Positions 29,409 through 40,192 of a DNA stretch of 64,000 bases are shown here, piece after piece. Position numbers and translations under genes: made by a program. Source of the stretch: Nitrospirota bacterium (GTDB lineage: Bacteria; Nitrospirota; Thermodesulfovibrionia; Thermodesulfovibrionales; JdFR-85). Position 1 is the first letter of the stretch; each line of letters starts with the position of its first letter. The stretch covers positions 10,090 to 74,089 of the forward strand of contig JAADGG010000050.1 in NCBI GenBank assembly GCA_013152485.1, written 5' to 3'. Below the pieces are notes generated by a model. The model was given only the letters and a program-made list of their open reading frames with translations. It was not told the DNA's origin and did not search any database.

Positions 29409-30578
29409 TCAGAATGCGGCTGAGATCTGGATGGTGAGACGGTTGTCCTTTGTTTCCGTGTCGGGAACGTCCACCTGTGTCCAGTATTCGGCCATCGCCT
29501 TTATGTTCTGTGTGAAGTAGTACGAGGAGTTGAGAGTGAGTTCGCTGTACTGGTCATTGCCGTCGTTCTTCTCGTAGCTGTCGACCCTGATCAGTGGCAC
29601 TATCCAGGGCCTGGAGTTCTTCGACATCACATAGAGGGCCTGGAAGTACCAGGCGTTGTTCTTCTCCTTGGCTCCGGCGGCATTGTCATCCTCGGCGCTG
29701 AGGAAGACGCCCATGAACCTGAAGTCGTTGTAGTCAGCCTGGAAATCGAGACCGAGACGCCTGAAGTCACGGGTGATGCCTGCAGTGGCATCCTCCCACT
29801 GACCGTCCATTCCGAAGAATCCGATCATCGTATTGGGGATCACGTCCCAAGCCGCCCTCAGGTGAAGGTTCTTGGCCTCTTCACCCTCTGCATCCGCTGC
29901 TACGCCGCTGAGCCCGACTGAATAGAACACGTTGCTGATCGGCCTGCCGGAGAGAGAGACCACCTGACGAGAGCTGCGCAGCTTGCCGCCGGCGTCGGCA
30001 CCGCCGAAAACCTGGTCGACCACCGAATACTTGCCCCTTGTAAGCACACGTGAAGAGTATGTATCGTAGGGGTCGGCCCAGAGCAGATCAGAGTATGAGA
30101 ACTGCAGGTTCAGCAGTTCCGAATGGTGGTACTCGAGGGCAACGGTCGGGATCTCGACGTTGAACCCGGTCTCGTCCTCCGCCTCGAACTCCAGGAAGCC
30201 GGAGACATTCTTATAGAGGATTCCCGCGGCGATGAGCTCAGCCTCATGCAGCGACCTCAGCTGCCTTTCACCGCTCTTCTTCTTGTCATAAGGCCTGGCA
30301 GTCAGCACAGCGGAGACAGGAAAGGTCTTACCGAGGTACAAATCGTCAGAGATTGCAACATCCTTGTCCTGAACCCCGGGGAACTTGTAACCGTTCTCCT
30401 TGAACGACCTGCCCGTGGCGTTCAACATAGGCCATGCAGTATGACATGCACTGCAGTCGGTCTTGTACTTCCTGGCAAACGACGGAACAGCCTCGGCATC
30501 CTGGACTGATACTGAAATGATGCCCGCTACAAACAACAACACAATGAAGATACCCATCACACTAAAACGTCTTCCCAT
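29409..30578 (-). CDS. Outer-membrane monohaem cytochrome c-porin fusion (Cyc2-like)
   Basis: 389 aa with a signal peptide (…VSVQDAEA/VP). A single CxxCH (CSACH, nt 30441-30455) sits within SFARKYKTDCSACHTAWPMLNATGRSFKENGY. The rest has alternating beta-strand character and ends ...RLTIQISAAF with a terminal Phe. Confidence 0.6.
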   Translation of the reverse strand: MGRRFSVMGIFIVLLFVAGIISVSVQDAEAVPSFARKYKTDCSACHTAWPMLNATGRSFKENGYKFPGVQDKDVAISDDLYLGKTFPVSAVLTARPYDKKKSGERQLRSLHEAELIAAGILYKNVSGFLEFEAEDETGFNVEIPTVALEYHHSELLNLQFSYSDLLWADPYDTYSSRVLTRGKYSVVDQVFGGADAGGKLRSSRQVVSLSGRPISNVFYSVGLSGVAADAEGEEAKNLHLRAAWDVIPNTMIGFFGMDGQWEDATAGITRDFRRLGLDFQADYNDFRFMGVFLSAEDDNAAGAKEKNNAWYFQALYVMSKNSRPWIVPLIRVDSYEKNDGNDQYSELTLNSSYYFTQNIKAMAEYWTQVDVPDTETKDNRLTIQISAAF

Positions 30579-30783
30579 GTAAACCTCCTCAGTTCTTGAA
30601 ACCCTATCAAGCTTTTCTCGTAATTGAAGCAGAGCAACCCCGCCTGTCTATGATATCAACACTGCAAAATATCGTATGCCTGTAGACCACCTCCCCTCAT
30701 GCCTGACGTTACATGAAAAATCAATTGAAACAACAACATTGAAACAATGAATTATATTACCTAACCCTCCTGCATGTCAAGCA

Positions 30784-30820
30784 CAAAACAGACCGCAGGG
30801 CCGGCCGGAAAACGGCCTGC
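30784..30820 (-). terminator. Intrinsic terminator after pyrC
   Basis: On minus-strand RNA: GCAGGCCG-UUUUCCGGC-CGGCCCUGC followed by GGUCUGUUUUGUGCUU. It begins 18 nt past the pyrC stop. Confidence 0.65.
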
Positions 30821-30837
30821 ACGCAAGCCGATGTATA

Positions 30838-32178
30838 CTATAACTGTTTGACCGCTCCGGAATCAATCTCATGCATCCGGCCCTTACAGATGACGGCCAC
30901 AGGCCTGCCCCTCAGACGCCAGCCGCCAAAGGGAGTGTTTCTGCCCATTGAAGCGAAACCTTCCGGATCAACCGTGAACTCCCTGTCCGGGTCCAAGAGG
31001 ACGACGTCTGCAGCCGCCCCCTTTCTGAGGCTTCCCCTTTCTATGCCTGTAATCATTGCAGGGTTCAGCGCCGTCTTCTCGACGAGGTCCCGCATGGACA
31101 GGACTCCCTCCTCCACCAGCCTGAGGCACAGCGGCAGCGCTGTTTCAAGGCCCGAGATTCCTGAAGCGGCCTTGTCAAACTCGCACAGCTTCTCATCCAT
31201 GTGGTGGGGGGCGTGGTCTGTGGCGATGACGTCGATCGTACCGTCCGCAAGGCCCTCCTTCAATGCCTCCACGTCCCTTTCCGTCCTCAGTGGCGGATTC
31301 ACCTTGGCATTCGTATTGTAGCCGTAGACCACCTCCTCCGTGAGGGTGAAGTAGTGCGGACACGTCTCTGCAGTGACGGCTATGCCGGCCTTCTTCGCCT
31401 CTCTCACGGCCCTGACACCTCCGGCAGTGGATACATGTGCAATGTGGAGCCTCCCCCCTGTAAGCGCTGCAAGCTCTATGTCGCGCTTGATCATTACGAC
31501 CTCCGCCGCTGCAGGTATCCCCCTGAGCCCGAGCCTGACCGACAGGGCCCCTTCATTCATGACACCACCGGCAGAGAGTCCCGCGTCTTCCGCATGCGAG
31601 ATAACAGGAACACCGAAAACCCTGGAGTATTCAAGGGCTCTCCTCATCAGCAGGCTGTTCATTACCGGGAAGCCGTCGTCAGAGAACGCCACGCACCCGG
31701 CATCTCTCATCATGCCCATCTCCGCAAGCTCTTCGCCCTTCTGCCCCTTGGTGATCGCCCCGATGGTATAGACATAGCAGGCTCCTTCGGCATACGCCTT
31801 CCTGAGAATGAACTCCGTGACCGTCTCATTGTCGTTTACCGGCTTTGTATTGGGCATACAGCATACCGTTGTGAAGCCGCCCCTTACAGCGGCCATCGTA
31901 CCAGTCTTTATGGTCTCCTTGTACTCGTACCCTGGCTCTCTGAGGTGAACATGCATATCGACAAGTCCTGGAAGGACATACAGACCCGAGGCATCGATGA
32001 TTTCAAGTCTTGAATTTTGAATTTTGAATCTTGAGTCTTGAGTCTTGAATTCTGAATCTCGAATCTCGAGCTCCCTTATCCTCCCATCCTCTATCAGCAG
32101 GTCGCCCTTTCCGTCCATCCCCTGAGAGGGATCGATTATGTGTCCGTTTCTTATCAAGAGGTTCAAGCCTTTTTTCAT
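30838..32178 (-). CDS. pyrC: Dihydroorotase
   Basis: 446 aa. Motifs: PGLVDMHVHLREPG, TTVCCMPNT, ISHAED, HIAHVST, ATDHAPH. Confidence 0.93.
   Translation of the reverse strand: MKKGLNLLIRNGHIIDPSQGMDGKGDLLIEDGRIRELEIRDSEFKTQDSRFKIQNSRLEIIDASGLYVLPGLVDMHVHLREPGYEYKETIKTGTMAAVRGGFTTVCCMPNTKPVNDNETVTEFILRKAYAEGACYVYTIGAITKGQKGEELAEMGMMRDAGCVAFSDDGFPVMNSLLMRRALEYSRVFGVPVISHAEDAGLSAGGVMNEGALSVRLGLRGIPAAAEVVMIKRDIELAALTGGRLHIAHVSTAGGVRAVREAKKAGIAVTAETCPHYFTLTEEVVYGYNTNAKVNPPLRTERDVEALKEGLADGTIDVIATDHAPHHMDEKLCEFDKAASGISGLETALPLCLRLVEEGVLSMRDLVEKTALNPAMITGIERGSLRKGAAADVVLLDPDREFTVDPEGFASMGRNTPFGGWRLRGRPVAVICKGRMHEIDSGAVKQL
32003..32072 (-). repeat. Heptanucleotide tandem repeat (TTGARTC family), about 10 units, inside pyrC
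   Basis: Units: TCAAGTC TTGAATT TTGAATT TTGAATC TTGAGTC TTGAGTC TTGAATT CTGAATC TCGAATC TCGAGCT. Translated in the pyrC frame as ELEIRDSEFKTQDSRFKIQNSRLE. Confidence 0.9.
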
Positions 32179-32210
32179 CTCTCACGTCCTCTCCCGTTCT
32201 CCGTCATCAT

Positions 32211-33155
32211 TCAGTCCCCGCTCCTCCATCCGGAAAGCAGATACAGAACAGCCATCCTGACTGCAATCCCGTTTGTCACCTGCTCGAGTATTACAGACTG
32301 GGCGCTGTCGGCAACGTCCGACGCTATCTCGATTCCCCTGTTCATCGGGCCTGGGTGCATGACCGTCGCCCCCGGCTTTGCAAGAGCAAGCCGTTCCCTG
32401 GTCAGCCCCCAGAGCCTGAAGTATTCGTCCGTGGTGGGAAAGAACCCCGTATCCTGCCTTTCCATCTGTATACGGAGCATCATGACAACGTCGGCATCCC
32501 TCAGTCCATCCTCCATACTGTGGAAGACTTCTATGTCAGGGTCGACGAGCCCCTCGGGGATCAGCGTGGGAGGACCGATAAGCCTGACCTCTGCACCAAG
32601 TGTCCTCAGACAGTATATATTGGACTTTGCAACACGACTGTGCAGGATGTCGCCCACAATTGCAATCCTGAGCCCCCTTACGGCGCCGTTCTTCTCCATG
32701 ATCGTGAAAGCATCAAGAAGCGCCTGGGTAGGATGCTCGTTTATACCGTCACCTGCATTGATTACCGAGGCCTTGAGGTGCCTGGCAAGGAGATGAGGGA
32801 CCCCTGACGAGGAGTGCCTGATTATGACAACGTCGGCACCGAGGGCCTGTATGGTCATCGCCGTATCGATCAGGCTCTCTCCCTTCACCACAGAGCTGGC
32901 AGATACGGAAAAGTTTATCACATCGGTGCTCAGTCTCTTTGCGGCAAGCTCGAAAGACGTCCTCGTCCTGGTGGATGGCTCGAAAAAGAGGTTGACGACG
33001 GTCTTCCCCCTCAGGGTCGGGACCTTCTTGATGTCCCTGCGCAGCACGTCCCTGAATCCCACGGCAGTATCAAGAATCAGCTCTATCTCTTCAAGGGACA
33101 GGTCCTTTATGCCTACGATATCCTTGTTTTTGAGCTGCTGACCCGCCTCTCCCAC
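32211..33155 (-). CDS. pyrB: Aspartate carbamoyltransferase catalytic subunit
   Basis: 314 aa. Motifs: [38 protein letters not shown]. Confidence 0.95.
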   Translation of the reverse strand: MGEAGQQLKNKDIVGIKDLSLEEIELILDTAVGFRDVLRRDIKKVPTLRGKTVVNLFFEPSTRTRTSFELAAKRLSTDVINFSVSASSVVKGESLIDTAMTIQALGADVVIIRHSSSGVPHLLARHLKASVINAGDGINEHPTQALLDAFTIMEKNGAVRGLRIAIVGDILHSRVAKSNIYCLRTLGAEVRLIGPPTLIPEGLVDPDIEVFHSMEDGLRDADVVMMLRIQMERQDTGFFPTTDEYFRLWGLTRERLALAKPGATVMHPGPMNRGIEIASDVADSAQSVILEQVTNGIAVRMAVLYLLSGWRSGD

Positions 33156-33202
33156 TTAGACCTTCTCTCCTTGCACGTGTAATTTTACAACCGGACGCCC
33201 CG

Positions 33203-33733
33203 TCACTGCCTCACGAGCACTACCCTGTCCCTGCCGGCCTCCTCTGAAAACTCCACCTCCACGGTCTCTCCAACGGACGTCGGGATGTTCTTTCCCACGA
33301 AGTCGGCCCGTACGGGCAGCTCCCTGTGACCCCGGTCGATGAGGACGGCAAGTTCGATCCTTGCAGGCCTTCCTATGTCCATCAGTGCATCCATCGCCGC
33401 CCTTATGGACCGGCCGGTGAAAAGCACATCGTCCACCAGCACGACCACCTGTCCGGTTATCTCGAACGGAATATCGGTCTTTCTCACCGCTGGATACTCC
33501 TTGCGGATGTTAAGGTCATCCCTGTAAAGGGCGATATCGAGCGCACCAACCGGCACATCGCGCCCCTCTATGGACTTTATCTTCTCGGCAAGCCGCTTTG
33601 CGAGATGGACGCCTCCCCTCTGGATACCCACCAGGCAGAGCCCCTCGACCCCCCTGTTCTTCTCGAGAACCTCGTGAGCCATCCTCGTGATGGTCCGATC
33701 CATGTCCTTGCTGTCGAGGAGATCCTTAGGCAT
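33203..33733 (-). CDS. pyrR: Bifunctional pyrimidine operon regulator / uracil phosphoribosyltransferase PyrR
   Basis: 176 aa. Motifs: LVGIQRGG, ALYRDD, VVLVDDVLFTGRSIRAA (PRPP motif), and RELPVRADFVG. Confidence 0.93.
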   Translation of the reverse strand: MPKDLLDSKDMDRTITRMAHEVLEKNRGVEGLCLVGIQRGGVHLAKRLAEKIKSIEGRDVPVGALDIALYRDDLNIRKEYPAVRKTDIPFEITGQVVVLVDDVLFTGRSIRAAMDALMDIGRPARIELAVLIDRGHRELPVRADFVGKNIPTSVGETVEVEFSEEAGRDRVVLVRQ

Positions 33734-33740
33734 AACACAA

Positions 33741-33777
33741 AAAGACCTTTCCCCCTGTGTTCAGGGAAAAGGTCTTT
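33741..33777 (-). terminator. Terminator/attenuator hairpin between atpC and pyrR that overlaps the pyrR ribosome-binding region
   Basis: Minus-strand RNA: AAAGACCUUUUCCC-UGAACACAGG-GGGAAAGGUCUUU followed by UUGUGUUAUG, where AUG is the pyrR start. The 3' arm contains the only purine-rich SD-like stretch (GGAAAGG). Confidence 0.55.
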
Positions 33778-33900
33778 GGCAGATTGATCGAAGTCCACAG
33801 GATAATCTTGAAACCTCTTGTCTTACCGGCCTCGCCGGGTCGGTTTAAAGACGGTTATATTAAAACACGAATGTCCATCGTTTTGCAACGAGGAACTTCT

Positions 33901-34308
33901 CTACTGGCCTCTCTTTTCAGCAAGCTGCACCCTGATCATCGCCCTGTCGAGGGCAGCCTGCGCACGGGCGAAGTCGATCTGCTCCTGCTTCCTCAGCCTC
34001 TCCTCGGCTCGCCTCATGGCATTTCGCGCCCTTTCGACGTCTATGTCCTCGGCACGTTCTGCGCTGTCGGCCAGTATCAGGACCCTGTCGTCGCTCACTT
34101 CCGCGTAACCGGAATTCACAAAGACATAGCTTACCGTCCCGCCCTTCTTGCACACGAGCATCCCGATCTTCAAGGTGGTCACGAAAGGGACATGGCCCGG
34201 CAGCACTCCGAACTCGCCCTCCGAGCCGGTCGCTACCACTTCATCGACCTCTTCCTTCAGGACCGGACCGTAAGGAGAGACTATCTCTAGGGTTAGTTTG
34301 TCCGCCAT
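33901..34308 (-). CDS. atpC: ATP synthase F1 epsilon subunit
   Basis: 135 aa. Starts [12 protein letters not shown]...[14 protein letters not shown], with a C-terminal helical hairpin. Confidence 0.93.
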   Translation of the reverse strand: MADKLTLEIVSPYGPVLKEEVDEVVATGSEGEFGVLPGHVPFVTTLKIGMLVCKKGGTVSYVFVNSGYAEVSDDRVLILADSAERAEDIDVERARNAMRRAEERLRKQEQIDFARAQAALDRAMIRVQLAEKRGQ

Positions 34309-34343
34309 TTAAAAACTCCGTTCATCCGTCATTTTAGATTGCA

Positions 34344-35807
<1,464 letters not shown>

Positions 35808-35885
35808 TCAAAGCTCAAGGCGGCATTCAGCCCGTCAACCTCATGTCCTGAAAGAAATCGAGTACAAAGCAGGCCAGCAACCCCG

Positions 35886-36752
35886 TCAATCCTTGATCGC
35901 CTCGGCACCACCGACTATATCCATCAGCTCCTTGGTGATGGTAGCCTGACGCGCCTTGTTGTACTCGAGCGTCAGCTTGTCTATCATGTCCTCGGCACTC
36001 TTGGTTGCGTTCTCCATTGCGGTCATCCTCGCCGCCTCTTCCGACACGCGTGACTCCAGCATCGTCCTGTAGAGCTGAATCTCGACGCTCTTGGGCAGCA
36101 GCCTGCTGAAGATCTCCTCCTCTGCAGGCTCGAAAAGGAAGTCCTTCATCTCCGACTCCTCTTCATGTTCCATCCCCCCTATGGGCAACAGCCGGAGCCT
36201 GGTGACGTTCTGGACGGCAACCGACCTGAACTCATTGTATATCAGGTACAGCTCGTCGAAAGTCTCATCGATGTACTTGTTCATCAAATCAGAGGCGATC
36301 TCCTGGACCGCTGAATAGGATATGTTTCCGGAGAGTCCGGTCCACGCCTCCCTCAGTGGAACATTCCTGCGCTTGAAATAATCCCTTGCCTTTCTGCCGA
36401 TGGTACTTATACTTATCTCAAACCCTTCGTTCTTGAGATCCGTGATCATGAGCTCTGCGGCCTTCAGGACGTTCGTGTTGAAGGCACCACAAAGCCCCTT
36501 GTCACTTGTAAGGACCAGTATCTCTACGGTCTTTCTCGGTCTCACCTTCAGCAGCGGATGCATGTCCTGCTCTCCCGGCTGCGCAAGTGACAACAGCACC
36601 TCTCTCATCTTGTCGGAGTAGGGCCTCAGGGCGAACATCCTGTCCTGTGCCCTCCTGAGCTTGGCCGCCGAGACCATCTTCATGGCCCTTGTGATCTTCG
36701 ACGTACTCTTGATCGAGTTTATTCTTCTCTTTATATCGCGTAGGGTTGCCAT
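35886..36752 (-). CDS. atpG: ATP synthase F1 gamma subunit
   Basis: Starts MATLRDIKRRINSIKSTSKITRAMKMVSAAKLRRAQ and ends ITKELMDIVGGAEAIKD. The start is set at the second Met of the ORF. Confidence 0.93.
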   Translation of the reverse strand: MATLRDIKRRINSIKSTSKITRAMKMVSAAKLRRAQDRMFALRPYSDKMREVLLSLAQPGEQDMHPLLKVRPRKTVEILVLTSDKGLCGAFNTNVLKAAELMITDLKNEGFEISISTIGRKARDYFKRRNVPLREAWTGLSGNISYSAVQEIASDLMNKYIDETFDELYLIYNEFRSVAVQNVTRLRLLPIGGMEHEEESEMKDFLFEPAEEEIFSRLLPKSVEIQLYRTMLESRVSEEAARMTAMENATKSAEDMIDKLTLEYNKARQATITKELMDIVGGAEAIKD

Positions 36753-36830
36753 ATCTCTCCCTTTACTGTCTGGTTTCGAACCCTGCCACACTGCATATCC
36801 GCAGCCCGGGCAGGAGACTAATTATCATGA

Positions 36831-38342
36831 TTATGGCTGAAACGTCGACTTGAATGCGGTTATCGCCTCGTTGATCTTGTTCTTGAGGTCCTCGTCAAGG
36901 GCCTTTTTGTTCATTATCTCTTCCTTGATCTCAGGCTTCTGACTCCTGAAATAGCTGAGGAGTCCCTGCTCAAAGTTTCCTATGGACTCCACGGGAAGGT
37001 CGTCAAGGAAGCCCTGCGTACCCGCATACAGCACGATTATCTGTTCGTCAAGCGGCAGCGGCTGGTACTGGTCCTGCTTCAGCAGCTCCACCATCCTCTT
37101 TCCACGCTCGATCTGCATGAGTGTCGCCTTGTCGAGGTCTGAACCGAACTGGGCGAATGCTGCCAGTTCCCTGAACTGTGCAAGATCCAGCCTCAGGGTT
37201 CCCGCAACCTGCTTCATCGCCTTGGTCTGTGCGGCACCGCCGACACGGCTGACCGATAGGCCGACGTTGACGGCAGGCCTTATGCCTGCGTAAAAGAGAT
37301 CGGGCTCGAGGTATATCTGACCGTCCGTAATGGATATGACATTGGTAGGTATGTACGCAGAGACGTCACCGGCCTGCGTCTCGATTATCGGCAGGGCGGT
37401 AAGAGAGCCGCCGCCGAGTTTGTCGGAGAGCTTAGCCGCCCTCTCGAGCAGTCTCGAATGGAGGTAGAAGACGTCACCCGGATACGCTTCACGTCCGGGA
37501 GGACGCCTCAGCAGGAGAGAAAGCTGCCTGTAAGCAGCGGCCTGCTTGCTCAAGTCGTCGTATATGATAAGGGCATGCTTGCCGTTGTCCCTGAAGTACT
37601 CTCCCATTGCACAGCCTGCATAAGGGGCGATATACTGAAGCGGGGCAGGCTCTGAAGCTGTAGAGGTGACGATGATCGTATAGTCGAGGGCCCCGTTCTC
37701 CTCGAGGGTCTTGACCACCCTGGCAACCGACGCCCTCTTCTGGCCGACCGCAACATATATGCAGTAGACATCACTGCCCTTCTGGTTTATTATGGCATCG
37801 ATCGCAATGGCCGTCTTTCCGGTCTGGCGGTCGCCTATTATGAGCTCCCTCTGTCCCCTGCCTATCGGAATCATTGCATCTATCGCCTTCAGTCCCGTCT
37901 GGAGGGGCTCACCCACGGGCTGCCTGTCCACTATGCCGGGAGCCACTATATCCACATGCCTTGTCTCCTTCGTATCGATGGGACCCTTACCGTCGATCGG
38001 CTGGCCTATGGCGTTGACGACCCTGCCGAGCATCGCCTCACCTACGGGAACCTCCATGATCCTGCCGGTGCGCTTTACTATGTCTCCTTCCTTTATGAGG
38101 GTGTCCTCACCGAAAAGCACCGCACCGACCATGTCTTCCTCGAGGTTCAGCGCCATACCGAAGACGTTGTTCGGAAACTCCAAGAGCTCACTCGCCATGG
38201 CGTTTTCCAGCCCATACACCCTGGCTATACCGTCGCCAACGCTCAGGACGGTACCGATCTCACTGACGTCAACCTTCTTTTCAAAGTCGCTTATCTGCTT
38301 CTTGATCAGCTCGCTGATCTCCTCAACCTTGATTTCCATCAT
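36831..38342 (-). CDS. atpA: ATP synthase F1 alpha subunit
   Basis: 503 aa with Walker A (GDRQTGKT), [42 protein letters not shown]. Confidence 0.97.
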   Translation of the reverse strand: MMEIKVEEISELIKKQISDFEKKVDVSEIGTVLSVGDGIARVYGLENAMASELLEFPNNVFGMALNLEEDMVGAVLFGEDTLIKEGDIVKRTGRIMEVPVGEAMLGRVVNAIGQPIDGKGPIDTKETRHVDIVAPGIVDRQPVGEPLQTGLKAIDAMIPIGRGQRELIIGDRQTGKTAIAIDAIINQKGSDVYCIYVAVGQKRASVARVVKTLEENGALDYTIIVTSTASEPAPLQYIAPYAGCAMGEYFRDNGKHALIIYDDLSKQAAAYRQLSLLLRRPPGREAYPGDVFYLHSRLLERAAKLSDKLGGGSLTALPIIETQAGDVSAYIPTNVISITDGQIYLEPDLFYAGIRPAVNVGLSVSRVGGAAQTKAMKQVAGTLRLDLAQFRELAAFAQFGSDLDKATLMQIERGKRMVELLKQDQYQPLPLDEQIIVLYAGTQGFLDDLPVESIGNFEQGLLSYFRSQKPEIKEEIMNKKALDEDLKNKINEAITAFKSTFQP

Positions 38343-38343
38343 A

Positions 38344-38889
38344 TCACCCCTTTATTAACTCTTCTTTTAAAAGCCTGAGCTGCCCTTTCAGGCTGCTGTC
38401 GTACATCGTGCTGCCGACCTTCACCACGATACCGCCAAGGAGTTCCGGGTCATAGACGTACTCGATGTCAACATCCCTACCGGTAAGCTTCTTGAGGGAC
38501 GACACGAGCCTCTCTTCATACTCACCGCTGAACTTGAACGGTGTGACAACCGTCGCCTTGGCCTTCTTCTTCTTCTCAAAGTAGATATTCATGAAGTGCC
38601 TTATGATGTCCGGCAGTACCGATACCGCCTTGCGCTGAGCGATGAAGACGAGAAACTTCTTCACCTCATCGCAGAAGTCCAGCTTGTCTGAAAGTCCCTC
38701 TATAGTCTTCCGCCTCTCGTCCTCCTCAAAGAGTGGACTGAGGAAGAAGTTCTTTATCTCATTGCTTGCATTCATCAGCTCGTTGACGATATTCAGCTCG
38801 GTGATGGCCCTTTCGGCCAAATCCACGCCGGTGACGTTGAAAAGCATCCTTGCATACTTCTTGGCAAACTTCTTTTCCTTACCCGCCAT
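38344..38889 (-). CDS. atpH: ATP synthase F1 delta (OSCP) subunit
   Basis: 181 aa with an OSCP-like C-terminus ([25 protein letters not shown]) and position between atpF and atpA. Confidence 0.88.
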   Translation of the reverse strand: MAGKEKKFAKKYARMLFNVTGVDLAERAITELNIVNELMNASNEIKNFFLSPLFEEDERRKTIEGLSDKLDFCDEVKKFLVFIAQRKAVSVLPDIIRHFMNIYFEKKKKAKATVVTPFKFSGEYEERLVSSLKKLTGRDVDIEYVYDPELLGGIVVKVGSTMYDSSLKGQLRLLKEELIKG

Positions 38890-38890
38890 A

Positions 38891-39526
38891 CTAACCCTCT
38901 AACCTCTTGATCGACTCTTCGAGCAGCTTCAGCTGCTCCTCTTCCGTAAGCCTCTCCCTGAGCCTCTTCTCCGCCAGCCTCAATGCCAGCCCCGAAGCCT
39001 CAGCCCTGAGGGCCGCCTTTGCGTTCTTCAGTTCCATCTCTATATTCGTCCGTGCCTGCTGCCTGATCTTCTCGCTCATCTCCCTGCCCTGCTCCACCAG
39101 ACTGTCATGCTCCGCCTGGCCGGACTGCTTCGCAGAGGATATTATCCTCTCTATCTCCTGATCCTTGAGTTTCAGTTTCTCCTCGACTTCATGAAGCGCC
39201 TTCTGCGCCAGCTCCTTTGCCTCTCTCGCCTCGGCGAGCGACTTCTCTATAAGCTCTGTCCTCTGCCTGAAGTACTCCTTCATCGGTTTATTTAGAAACT
39301 TGACGAGGATGAAGAGCAGTATGGCAAAGTTCAAGACCTTCCAGAGCCAGTCCTTCCAGTCACCGCCGCCTTCACCCGCTCCCTCCATGGCAAGGGCCAC
39401 AGCGGCATGAGAGAACAGAAACACGAGGACCACGGCAGCGGATATCAACGGAGAAACAACCCTTCTGAGCCTGAAGACCGTCTTTCGAATTCCGAATATG
39501 CGATACTGACTTTTCCTTACGCTCAT
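38891..39526 (-). CDS. atpF: ATP synthase Fo subunit b
   Basis: One N-terminal TM, then a long charged helix (KPMKEYFRQRTELIEKSLAEAREAKELAQKAL...). The start codon is uncertain. Confidence 0.8.
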   Translation of the reverse strand: MSVRKSQYRIFGIRKTVFRLRRVVSPLISAAVVLVFLFSHAAVALAMEGAGEGGGDWKDWLWKVLNFAILLFILVKFLNKPMKEYFRQRTELIEKSLAEAREAKELAQKALHEVEEKLKLKDQEIERIISSAKQSGQAEHDSLVEQGREMSEKIRQQARTNIEMELKNAKAALRAEASGLALRLAEKRLRERLTEEEQLKLLEESIKRLEG

Positions 39527-39564
39527 GACCTTCTCTTTTTCCTTTTCATTGAACCTAAATATTT

Positions 39565-39984
39565 TTATACTCCCACGAGTTTCTCGACTATCTCTTCGGA
39601 GAACCTTCTGACGTCCTCGCCGAGCATCTTGCGCACCTTCTCGCTCTCCCTCTTTATCTCGGCACGAGCCGCCTCGATCTCCCTGAGGGCCTCCTCGTGC
39701 GCCTTTGCGATCATCTCCTTCTGTTTTTCCACACCCTCCTGCCTCAGTGAGTTGTAGATCTCCTTGGCCTTCTCCCTTGCATCGGCGAGCTCCTCGTTGA
39801 ACCTGGAAAGCTCCTCGTCCTTCCTCTCGTTGAGCCTCTTTGCCTCTTCAATGGCACCGTCGATGTTTTCCTTCCGCTCCTTGAAAAGGTTCAGGAGAGG
39901 CCTGAAAAGCAGGACGTTCAGCAGGAACAGCAAAACGAGAAAGTTGACTGACTGGACCAAAAACCATTTGTTAAGTTCGATCAT
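39565..39984 (-). CDS. ATP synthase Fo subunit b' (second b-type stalk subunit)
   Basis: 139 aa: TM (FLVQSVNFLVLLFLLNVLLF), then RPLLNLFKERKENIDGAIEEAKRL... This is the b-subunit pattern. It is the first gene of the operon in this window. Confidence 0.8.
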   Translation of the reverse strand: MIELNKWFLVQSVNFLVLLFLLNVLLFRPLLNLFKERKENIDGAIEEAKRLNERKDEELSRFNEELADAREKAKEIYNSLRQEGVEKQKEMIAKAHEEALREIEAARAEIKRESEKVRKMLGEDVRRFSEEIVEKLVGV

Positions 39985-40110
39985 TTTCTCACCAGTGGGT
40001 TTAAGTTTTACTCAGTTATGTTAAATTTGTGGTGAACTTTATCACAGATATTTATCCTTTGTCAAGAAGACGGAGAAAAAAAATTCTTATGGAATCAAAA
40101 GTTTTTTAAA

Positions 40111-40138
40111 TTGATCTGCTCGTGCAATATGCTATAAT
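40111..40138 (+). promoter_or_regulatory. Candidate sigma-70 promoter for the Lys-rich protein gene
   Basis: TTGATC (40111-40116), a 16-nt spacer, then TATAAT (40133-40138). The SD AGGAGG precedes ATG 40193. Confidence 0.55.
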
Positions 40139-40192
40139 GCTATAGTGAGGGCGTGTCGTAAAAATTTTCCATTATTATTCTAAGGAGGAGAC

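Noticed and set aside
36770-36790. GGTTCGAAACC (minus strand), resembling a tRNA T-arm, in the atpA-atpG spacer
   Set aside because: The spacer is only 78 nt. No acceptor, D or anticodon stems can be drawn around the motif, so it is a chance match.
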